Shown one piece after another: positions 41,286 through 53,200 of a DNA stretch of 64,000 nt. The notes beneath the pieces were generated by a model. That model was not told the DNA's origin. It saw only the letters and a program-made list of their open reading frames with translations, and searched no databases. Source of the DNA: Octopus vulgaris (taxonomy: Eukaryota); assembly GCA_951406725.2 (NCBI GenBank), contig OX597817.1:124496001-124560000 (forward strand), in the 5' to 3' direction. The translations under genes were made by a program, and so were the position numbers. How positions within the stretch are numbered: position 1 is the stretch's first letter; the number at the start of each line of letters is the position of its first letter.

Positions 41286-43109
41286 TCTCTATAACATTCA
41301 CTCACAAGGAGAGTTGAACTTCAGAACTTCAAATAGATAAAATCATCATCATCATTTAATGTCCGCTGTCCATGCTGGCATAGGTTAGATGGTTTGGCTG
41401 GGCTGGCACACTGGAAGGCTGCACCAGACTCCAGTATGATTTTGGCATGGTTTTCTATGGCTGGATGCCCTTCCTAATGCCAGCCACTCCAAGAGTGTAA
41501 TGGGTACTTTTACGTGCCACCGGCACAGGTGCCATTTGCATGACACATCCTGTCACTGCTTAATGTTAGGTTTTACTGAGGATTGAGTGTCTTGGCTAGA
41601 GACACAACAAAATATTAGGGTATGAAAATCACTCAATAAACTTTGCATGGGCATGCTCAACACTGCTGAATTACTATCACACTTGCTAATTATACCTCTG
41701 AATTTTTTTTTTTTTTTGGTTCTATCAACAAAAAATCAATACTATTGATAAATTTAATTTACAAAACAGTTTTCGATCTCATATTCAAACCTCTCCCCAG
41801 CCTCATCAACAACATTTTGAAGAATCTGAAATATATATTTTATAAATAGATTGTTTACAATTCAAGCAAACAGTAGTGTTTCAGCCATTAGTAAAATGCC
41901 ATTTTGGTATTACTAATCAAGTTCTCCCTGTACTTTTCTTCATGTATGTGCATGTATGTGTGTGCATGCATGTGTAAGTATTTGTGAGTGTGTATGACTA
42001 CGTTTGTGCATGAGTGTTTATATCCTCATGTTTGCATGTATGCACATGTATGTATATGTATATGTGGATGTGTGTAGTTTTAGACCAAATGGTTGCATCT
42101 TAAGAAAACAAGCTAAAATTGTATTTTACGAAACAACACATTTGGAATTACATTTTGGAAGTTCTGGTTGAAGTATTGATTCTATTAGTAGCTTCAAGAA
42201 ATGTTAGTCTGTAATTATGTACTCCAGATAACTGCCAAAAGAAACATTGTGAAGAACCACCACAATGAAGATTGAAACTCTCCTGATGTATTTGACAGTG
42301 CCAGGATTTTATTAGTGCTCAATTCAATGTTAAAAGGTCCAACCTACTAAAGTAGTACTTAACTTAATTGCTGGTTACCTCTTATCAAATGAAGAATTAA
42401 GCTTAGCAATTAAAGTATTTTTCAGTAAGTTTCTCTCTTGTATGATTTGTTCAGATGATACCATGTTGTTATGCGTCCAATCTTATTATATGAATCAGAG
42501 TAAGACCAGTAATTAGAAGTCCTAATCTGAATTATTTTGAACATGTGCCCATAATCTATGGTTTCTAGATAAACAAAAACAGGTGAAGAAAATGAAAAAT
42601 AAACAAAAATGTAATTTTGTTTCCTCAATCCAAATATAGTAATTGTTAATTACTGTGACACCAACAGTTATGAAATATGAGAAAGCTTACCGAACATAAC
42701 CCTAAATGAAATTAGATAATTTCATCAATTTGTAGTGCATTTAATCAATATTGAGACTGAACTTTATATTTTAATGACCCAGTACAGTTTTTCTAGTCAC
42801 ACTGCAAATTGCTGGTTGGTTTCAGTAATATTTACTAATTTGGTTGTTTCCAACTTAATCATAGTATCAAAACTCTTCATATTTCATTTCGAATATAGAA
42901 TAGATACTTAAGTAATATAAATACATTCATAATCAGCATACACTGGTCATCTTATTAGATATAATTTGGCATCTCTATTTCCGACAAGTAAATCAACAGA
43001 ATATAGAATTAATTAAAACATGGTCATTAACAAAGTCTATGAAAATTGAGATATGTCTAGCGATTCTGATAGTAAATAATAGAATTTCATAAATATTTTA
43101 ACATTATAT

Positions 43110-43507
43110 AGGTGCAGGAGTGGCTGTGTGGTAAGTAGCTTGTTTACCAACCACATGGTTCCGGGTTCAGTCCCACTGCGTGGCACCTTGGGCAAGTGTC
43201 TTCTACTATAGCCTCGGGCTGACCAAAGCCTTGTGAGTGGATTTGGTAGATGGAAACTGAAAGAATCCCGTCGTATATATGTATATATATATGTGTGTGT
43301 GTGTTTGTGTGTCTGTGTTTGTCCTATCCAGCATCACTTGACAACTGATGCTGGTGTGTTTACATCCCCGTCACTTAGTGGTTCGGCAAAAGAGACCAAT
43401 AGAATAAGTACTGGGCTTACAAAGAATAAGTCCCGGGGTTGAGTTGCTCAATTAAAGGCGGTGCTCCAGCATGGCCACAGTCACATGCCTGAAACAAGTA
43501 AAAGAGT
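43110..43507 (+). mobile_element. SINE family A
   Basis: Full-length copy. Confidence 0.93.
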
Positions 43508-43838
43508 AATATGTTCATGTATGAATGCTTTCCATACGTCTGAAATTTATATTACAAGATACATGGCTGTGTGTTTTAAATCATTAATAACATACATAAT
43601 ACATATAAATGTGGTTGTAAGAGTATTTTACATTCTTTATAATACTTTATTCACATATTTTCTATTCTGTTATCCTGGAAGACTTTTTACTGCTGAGTAT
43701 TGTTGGTTTGTAAAAATGAAAACCCAAGCTAGATATTGATTTAAAACAAAAGAGTATTGTTAGATATTAACAGAGTTAAAGAAATTGATGGTTACAATGT
43801 CTATAATGTGTGTGTGTGTGTATGTATGTCTCTTTAAT

Positions 43839-44047
43839 CTCTCTTTTACTCGTTTCAGTAATTTGACTGCAGCCATGCTGGAGCACTGCCTTTAGTCGAG
43901 CAAATCGACCCCAGGAATTATTCTTTGTAAGCCTAGTACTTATTCTTATTCTATCGGTCTCTTTTGCTGAACCGCTAACTTACGGGGACGTAAACACACC
44001 AGCATCGGTTGTCAAGCGATGTTGGGGAGACAAACACAGACACACAA

Positions 44048-44082
<35 letters not shown>

Positions 44083-44246
44083 CGACGGGCTTCTTTTCAG
44101 TTTCCCTCTACCAAATCCACTCACAAGCCTTTGGTCAGCCCGAGGCTATAGTAGAAGACACTTTCCCAAGGTGCCACGCAGTGGGACTGAACCCAGAACC
44201 ATGTGGTTGGTAAGCAAGCTACTTACCACACAGCCACTCCTGCGCC

Positions 44247-44248
<2 letters not shown>
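43839..44248 (-). mobile_element. SINE family A
   Basis: Full-length copy, inverted relative to 43110-43507. Confidence 0.93.
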
Positions 44249-44278
<30 letters not shown>

Positions 44279-44490
44279 TGTATGTATGTATGTATGTATG
44301 ACCAATAAGTTCCACCATGACTATAACAAAACTCAGAAAATTTATTTTAAATTTCCATCATTGCGTGTTTTTGCTTTCTCACCCCATACGATGTAATTTT
44401 TACATTTTAGGTCTATATTCTTATACAAACAGTGTCAAGAATTTCTATATAAACACTATTATGCTGAAAGGCTCTATATGTTTGTGCACA

Positions 44491-44582
44491 CACATGCACA
44501 CACACACGAATGAACACATGCACACACACACGAATGAACACATGCACACACACACGAATGAACACATGCACACACACACACA
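44491..44582 (+). repeat. 24-bp minisatellite (cacatgcacacacacacgaatgaa, about 3.5 copies)
   Basis: Direct reading. Confidence 0.9.
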
Positions 44583-44859
44583 TATATGTATTTACATCAG
44601 TATTTATATAGTAATATAATAAGAGTAAATAATAGTTTTAATAGTTAAAAAAAAACCCAACTCGTGCAACCTTCTGGCTTCCCAGATCCCCAGTCGAACT
44701 GTCCAACCCATGCTAGCATGGAGAACGGATGTTAAACAATGATGATGAATTATTTACGGGTAGATTTCGGCATGTAAATATAACCATTAAGGGTAGGAAC
44801 TTTTATAAAATAAGTTCAATATATATTTTTGTATATAAATAAAAGGGGCAGGCAACAGG

Positions 44860-45134
44860 TTGCTTAGCCACATACCGAAAAATTAGAAATAGCAGTCAAA
44901 GACTGTTTATTTCTATTTTCTACAAATGAAACTCTACATACGACATATTCCTGTAATTCACATATGCAAAACAGAAGGAAGGAATAACCCTTAGACTTTG
45001 CTTTCGCTATTTCTTCCTTCTGTTTTGCATATGTGAATTACAGGAATATGTTGTATGTGGAGTTTCATTTATAGAAAATAGAAATAAAAAGTCTTTGACT
45101 GGTATTTCTAATTTTTCGGTATGTAGCTAAGCAA
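44860..45134. repeat. Long palindrome with about 127-bp arms and a 21-nt loop
   Basis: ttgcttagccacataccgaaaaattagaaata...gcaaaacagaaggaag is mirrored by cttccttctgttttgc...tttttcggtatgtagctaagcaa. Confidence 0.95.
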
Positions 45135-45202
45135 TCAGTATTTTATATATATATATACACACACACATATATACATACACAAATACACACAATCTATATT
45201 TA

Positions 45203-45281
<79 letters not shown>

Positions 45282-45874
45282 ATATCTATATATATATATA
45301 TATATATATAGCAAGAATTCATGAAAAAAACAAAAGACGAAGACAGGTGATGTAGAAAAGAAACAGATGTATTAGTATAACACTTGGGAATTGAAAAAGT
45401 CTTTAAAGTTTCGAGCCTATGCTCTTCCACAGAAAGGAACACAGAAAGAAACAAGGAGAGAATAAAATGTGTGTAGTGGCTACCGATCTATCTTATATAT
45501 AAGTGTATATATATACACATATATATATATACATATCATCATCATCAGCAACATCCTCATCATCGTTTAATGTCTGTTTTCTATGCTGGCTTGGGTTGGA
45601 TGGTTTGACCGAGGTCTGGAGAGCCAGCAGCTGCACCAGGCTCCAAACTGATCTGGCAATGTTTCTACAGCTGGATGCCCTTCCTAACGCTAACCACTCT
45701 GAGAGTGTAGTGGGTGCTTTTCACGTGCCACTGGTACAGGAGCTAGTCCGGCGGTCCTGACATTGATTACGTTCAAATAGTGCCTTTTACGTATCACCAG
45801 CATGGGATCCAGTCAAGAGACACTGGCATCAACCACGTTCAGATGGTGCTTTTTACATCCCACCAGGACAAGAG

Positions 45875-45981
<107 letters not shown>

Positions 45982-46172
45982 GTGTGTGTGTGTATTTGTG
46001 TTTGTTCCCCCAGCATTGCTTGACTAAAGGCAGTACTCCAGCGTGGCTGCAGTTAAATGACTGAAACAAGTAAAAGAAATAAAAGAATATATATATATAC
46101 ACATATATATATGTGTGTATGTGTGTGTGCATACACATACATGTGGATATTGCATGAGTGTGTGTGTGTGTT

Positions 46173-46262
46173 CAAGGGCCCGGGAACAGGGGGTGCAGCG
46201 GGTGCACCTGCAAACCTTGGAATTTTCAGGTGGTGCAAGATCAAAATTGGCACCCCCTACAT
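46173..46262. mobile_element. Single GC-rich hAT/MITE-like terminus
   Basis: caagggcccgggaacagggggtgcagcgggtgcacctgca...gcaccccc; no partner end was found in the window. Confidence 0.4.
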
Positions 46263-47059
46263 AATTTTACCAGTTTCAGAAAATAGTGTATGATGCTTGA
46301 AGCTAGATTTCGTTTCAAAGCAAAAACAAAGAACCAAAATAAATAAATAAAAGTGATCTGGGCTTAAAATTCCCATGGGAATTTATGACTAACCAACTTG
46401 TGAAGCAAAGTAGCATCAAAATAAAAAAGTATATGACAACAACAGTAGCAGCAAACAACAAGAACAACATGACCAGCATCTACAGCTACTTTTCAATACA
46501 TGGATTCTTGAAGAATCTGACAAAGATAACTCCGAAATCTTGCAATGCTGAAAATGTTTGAAGGTACTTGTCCTCTCTCTATCTGTCACTTCTCTCAAGT
46601 TCTTTGTAGTTGATGTTGCTAAAGACTGACGATATGGTTGAAAGGACTCGACTGTTTGACCTCAGCCTAAAAATAAAAGCCCTTTTAAAATTCTCTCAGT
46701 CATATCGGTTTTCTCATTTAGGTTGTTAGGACCAAAGTTTGACAAGGGAAGAAAATGATTTATTTTTATCTTTGATATTTAATGCTCATTGTTAAATGCT
46801 TTGATATTTATGCTGTTTCGAAATACTAGTCCAGTTAAATATAAAAAAAAGAAAATAGATTTTGAAAGGAAACGTTTAAATATAAATGATTGCAGATAAG
46901 CCCCGAAATTACCTAATTTGCGAAGAAATGGATACAATTTCAGATTAATCTATATAAAAAGGAAATATTAAAGGCATTACCAACCGTTATCCTGACATGG
47001 TGAACTACGAAAATCACTTCAGAGGTAATTTTTTCCCTCAAAAGTCTAACCCTAGCTGA

Positions 47060-47245
47060 GAGACTTACCGGAAAGTTCCGTGGTTGGGACATCCTGGAAA
47101 ATTCCGAGAACATACTTGAAAGTTACGTGGAAGGGAGATATCCTGGAAACTTCCGAGGTTGAGACATTCTTACAAATTCCGAGGATAAAATCACCGGGAA
47201 AATTCCGTGAATGAGATTTACTGGAAAGCTCCGAGGATGGCAGAT
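47060..47245 (+). repeat. 26-bp minisatellite with GGAAANTTCC core at the satellite border
   Basis: ttccg-type anchors end at 47080, 47106, 47127, 47155, 47181, 47207 and 47233, mostly at 26-bp spacing. Confidence 0.8.
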
Positions 47246-50200
47246 ATTTTCAGTAAAATTATTCAACAGACATATTAACGAAAAGTTATCATTCGATATA
47301 TTCATCAAACATTTTCTTCAAACATAGTCATCGGACATTTTCATCGAAAATTTTAGTCACATATATTCAACAAATATCAAAAATTTCAAAAAAAAGTTTT
47401 CATCAAAAATATTCACCAAATATTTTCCTGAAACATTTTCATCAAACATTTTAATCAAACATTTTCATCCAACAATTTTATCAAACATTTTCATCAAAAA
47501 TTTTCATCAAACATTTTCAACAAACACATTCAACAAACATTTTCATCAGACATTTTCATCAAACATTTACATCAAACATTTTCAACGAACATTTTCATCA
47601 AATATATTCAACAAACATCAAATATTTCAGCAAAAGTTTTCATCGAATATATTCATCAAATATTTTCCTGAAACATTTTCATTTTAATCAGACATTTTCA
47701 CTAGATATTTTCCTCAAACATTTTCATCAGACATTTTCATCAGACATTATCATCAAACATTTTCATCAAACATTTTATCAAACATACTCATCACACATTT
47801 TCATCAGACATTTTCATCAAACATTTACATCAAATATATTCAAACATTTTCGTCAAACATTTTCACCAAACATCTTCATCAAACAATTTTATCAAACATT
47901 TTCATAAGAAATTTTCATCAAACATTTTCAACAAACACATTCAAAAGACATTTTCATCAAACATTTTCATCAAACATTTACATCAAACATTTTCAACGAA
48001 CATTTTCATCAAATATATTCAACATACATCAAAAATTTCAGCAAAAGTTTTCATCAAATATTTTCCTGAAACATTTTCATTTTAATCAGACATTTTCACT
48101 AGTTATTTTCCTCAAACATTTTCATCAAACATTTTATCAAACATACTCATCAGACATTTTCATCAGACATTTTCATCAAATATATTCATCAAACATTTTC
48201 ATCAAACATTTTCATCAGACATTTTCATCAAACAATTTCATCAGACATTTTCATCAGACATTTTCATAAGACATTTTCATCAAATATTTTATCAAACGTA
48301 TTCATCAAACATTTGCATCAAACATTTTCATCAAACATTTTCATCAAACATTTACATAAAACATTTTCATAAACATTTTCATGGAATATATTCAACAAAC
48401 AACAAAAATTGCAGCAAATATTTTTAATATATTCATCAAATATTTTCCTGAAACATTTTCATCAAACATTTTCATCAGACATTTTATCAGATATTTTCAT
48501 CAAACATTTTCATCAAACATTTTCATCAGACATTTTCATCAAACATTTTCAACAAACATTTTATCAAACATACTCATCAGACATTTTCATCAGACATTTT
48601 CATAAAACATCATCAAATATTTTCATGAGATATTTTCATCAAACATTTTTGAATATTTGAAAATGTCTGATGAAAATGTTTGATGAAAAATCTCATGAAA
48701 ATGTTTGATGAAAATGTTTTAAGTAAATGTTTGATGAAAATGTTCTATGTAAATGTTTGATGAAAATGTTTGAGGAAACTGTTTGATTAAAATGATAGAT
48801 GAAAATATTTGATGAATATGTTGAAAATGTCTGATGAAAATGTTTGATGAAAAATCTCATGAAAATAATTGATGAAAATGTTTGAGGAAAATGTTTGATG
48901 AAAATGTCTGATGAAATTGCTTGATGAAAAGTTCTGATGAAAATCTCTGATGAGTATGTTTGCTAAAATATGTGATGAAAATGTTTGATGAAAATGAAAA
49001 TATTTCTGGAAAATACTTGATGAATATATTCGATGAAAACTTCTGCTGAAATTTTTATGTATGTTGAATATATTTGATGAATATATTTGTTGAATATATT
49101 CGTTGAAAATGTTTTAAGAAAACGTCAGATGAAAATGTCTGATGAAAAAGTTTGATGAAAATGTTTGATGAAAATGATTATTGAAAATGTTTGATGAAAA
49201 TGTCTGATTAAATTGTCTTATGAAAATGTTTGATGGAAATGTTTCAGGAAAATATTTGATGAAATATATCTGTTGAAAATTTTGCTGCAATTTTAGATGT
49301 TTGTTGAATATATTTCATGAAACTTTTGATGAAAATGTTTGATGAAAATGTCTGCTGAAAATGTTTCGTGAAAATGTTTGTTGAAAATGTTTGATGAAAA
49401 TGTCTGTTGAAAATGTTTGAAGAAAATGTTTAAAGAAAATGTTTAATGAAAATATTTGTTTAAAATGTTTGATGAAAATGTCTGATGAAAATGTTTGCTG
49501 AAAATATTTCATGAAAATGTCTGATTAACATGTTTGATGGAAATATTTCATGAAAATGTTTCATGAAAATGTTTCATGAAAATGTTTGTTGAAAATGTCT
49601 GATGTAAATGTCTGATGATTGTTGATGAACGTGTATGATGAAAATGTTTGATGAAAATATTTGATGCAGATGTCTGAAGAAAATATTTGATGAAAATGTT
49701 TGATGAAAATTTTTGATGAACATGTTTGATGAAAATGCATGATAAATATGTCTGATGGAAATGTCTGATGAAAATCTTAGATGAAAATGTTTGATGAACG
49801 TGTATGATGAGAATGTTTCATGAAAATGTCTGATGAAAATGTTTGTTGAATGTGTCTGATGAAAATGTCTGAAGAATATGTATGATAAAATGTTTGATGA
49901 AAATGTCTGTTAAAAATGTTTGATGAAAATGTCTGATGAAATTATTTGATGAAAATGCATGATAAATATGTCTGATGGAAATGTCGGATGAAAATCTTAG
50001 ATGAAAATGTTTGATGAACGTGTATGATGAGAATGTTTCATGAAAATGTCTGATGAAAATGTCTGAAGAATATGTATGATAAAATGTTTGATCAAAATGT
50101 TTGATGAAATTGTTCGTTGAAAATGTTTGATGAAAATGTCTGATGAAATTTTCTGATGAAAATGTTTGATGGAAATGTCTGATGAATATGTTTGATAAAA

Positions 50201-53200
50201 TGTATAATGAAGATGTTTTATGAAAATGTCTGATGAAAATGTCTGATGAAAATGTTTGATAAAAATATTTGATGAACGTGTGTGATGAAAATGTTTGATG
50301 AAAACGTTTTGTGAAAATGTCTGATGAAAATTTCTGATGTAAATAATTGATGAAAATATCTGATTAACATGTTTGATGAAAATGCTTGATAATATCTGAT
50401 GGAAATGTCGGATGAAAATCTTAGACGAAAATGTTTGATGAACGTGTATGATGAAACTATTTTATGAAATGTCTGATGAAAATGTTTCATGAAGATGTCT
50501 GATGAATATGAATTATAAAATGTTTGATGAAAATGTTTGATGAAAATGTATGAAGAAAATGTTTTAGGAAAATGCCTAATGAAAATTTCTGATGAAAATG
50601 TCTGATGAAAATGTATGAAGAAAATGTTTGATGTAAATATTGAGGAGAATATCTAGTGAAATTGTCTGATGAAAATGAAAAGTTTTCAAGAAAATATTTG
50701 ATGAATATATCCGATGAAAACTTTTGCCCAAAAGTTTGATGTATGTTGAATTTATTTAATGAAAATATTCGTTGAAAATGTTTGATTAAAATGTTTGATG
50801 AAAATGTTTGATGGAAACGTATGGTGAAAATGTCTGATGAAAATGTTTAATGAAAATGTCTCATGAAAAAATTTGATGAAAATGTTTGATGAAAATGTCT
50901 AATGAAAATGTTTGCTGATAATGTTTGATGAAAATGTCTGATGTTTGAATAAAATATTTGATGAAAATCTTTCATGAAAATGTTTTATGAAAATGTTTGT
51001 TGAAAATGTCTGATGTAAATGTCTGATGAGAATCTTGGATGAAAATGTTTGATGAACGTGTGTGATGAAAATGTTTGATGAAAATGTCTCTTGCAAATGT
51101 TTGATGAAAATGTATGATGAAAATGTTTGATCAAAATATTTGATGAATATGTTTCATGAAAATGATTAATGAAAATGTTTGGTGAAAATGTCTGATGAAA
51201 ATGTTTCTTGAAAAAATTTGATGAAAATGTCTGATGAAAATGTCTGACGAATATGTATAATAAAATGTGTGATGAAAATGTTTGATGAAAACGTCTGATG
51301 AAAATGTCTGTTGAAGATGTTTGATGAAAATGTTAGATGAAAATGTCTGATGAAAATGTTTGAAAAAATATTTGATAAAAATGTCTGATGAAAATGTGTA
51401 ATGAAAATGTTTGATGAAAATGTTTGTTGAAAATGTTTGAAGAAAGTGTCTAAGGAAATGTTTGATGAAAATGATGATAATGTCTGATGAAAATTTCTGA
51501 TGTAAATGTTTGATAAAAATATCTGATTAACATGTATGATGAAAATGTTTGATGATAATGTCTGATGGAAATGTCAGATGACAATCCTAGATGTGAATGT
51601 TTGATGAACCTGTATGATGAAAATGTTTGATGAATATGTCTCATGAAAATGTTTGTTGAAAAAGTTTGATGAAAATGTTTGATGAAAATGTCTGATGAAA
51701 ATATCCGATTAACATGTTTGATTGAAATGCTAGAGTATAATGTATGATGGAAATGACTGATGAAAATCTTAGATGAAAATGTTTGAATACAATGTCTGAT
51801 GAAAATGTTTGTTGAATGTGTTTGATGAAAATGTCTGATGAATATGTATGATAAAATGTTTGATGAAAATGTTTGATGAAAATGTTTTATCAAAATGTCC
51901 GATGAAAATGTTTGATGAAATTGTTTGATGAAAATGCCTGATGAAAATGTTTTATCAAAATGTTTGATGAAAATATTTGATGAACGTGTATGATGAAGAT
52001 GCTTGATGATAATGTCTGATGGAAAGGTCTGATGAAAATCTTAGATGAAAATTTTTGATGAACGTATATGATGAAGATATTTTATGAAAATGTCTGATGA
52101 AAATGTTTGTTGAAAATGTTTCATGAAAATGTCTGATGAAAATGTTTGATGAAAATGTCTGATGAAAATGTATGATAAAATGTTTGATGAAAATGTCTAA
52201 TGAATATTTCTGATGAAAATGTTTGATGAAAATGTTTGAGGAAAATGTCTAGTGAAATTGTTTGATGAAAATGAAAATGTTTCATGAAAATATTTGATGA
52301 ATATATTCGATGAAAACTTTTGCCGAAAATTTTGATGTATGTTGAATTTATTTAATGAAAGTGTTCGTTGAAAAGGTTTGATGAAAATGTTTGATTCAAA
52401 CGTATTGTGAAAATGACTGATGAAAATGTTTAAAGAATATGTCTCATGAAAAAATTTGATGAAAAGGCCTAATCAAAATGTTTGCTGAAAATGTCTGATT
52501 AAAATGTTTGAATAAAATATATGAAAATCTTTCATGAAAATGTTTCATGAAAATGTTTGATGAAAATGTCTGATGTAAATGTCAGATGAGAATCTTGGAA
52601 TGTTTGATGAACGTGTGTGATGAAAATGTTTGATGAAAATGTCTCATGCAAATGTCTGCAGAAAATGTATGATGAAAATGTTTGATCAAAATATTTGATG
52701 AATATGTTTGATGAAAATGATTGATGAAAATGTTTGGTGAAAATGTCTGATGAAAATTTCAGATGTAAATGTTTGAGGAAAATATATGATTAACATGTTT
52801 GATGAAAATACTTGATGATAATGTCTGATCGAAATGTCTGATGAAAATCAAAGATGAAAATGTTTGATGAACGTGTATGATGAGAATGTTTTACGAAAAT
52901 GTCTGATGTAATTGTTTGTTGAAAATTTGTAATGAAAATGTCTGATGAAAATGTCTGACGAATATGTATGATAAAATGTTAGATGAATATGTCTGATGAA
53001 TGTTTGAAAAAATATTTGATGAAAATGTCTGATGAAAATGTCTGATGAAAATGTTTGATGAAAATGTTTGATGAAAATGTCTGATGAAATTGTTTGATGA
53101 AAATGTTTGAGGTAATTATTTTATGAAAATGATTAATGAAAATGTTTGAAGAAAATGTTTGAAGAAAATATTTGAGGAAAATGTGTAGTGAAATTTTCTA

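Noticed and set aside
46480-46667. Minus-strand frame interrupted by one TAG (possible editing read-through)
   Set aside because: The peptide is unrecognisable and nothing in the sequence supports coding or editing.
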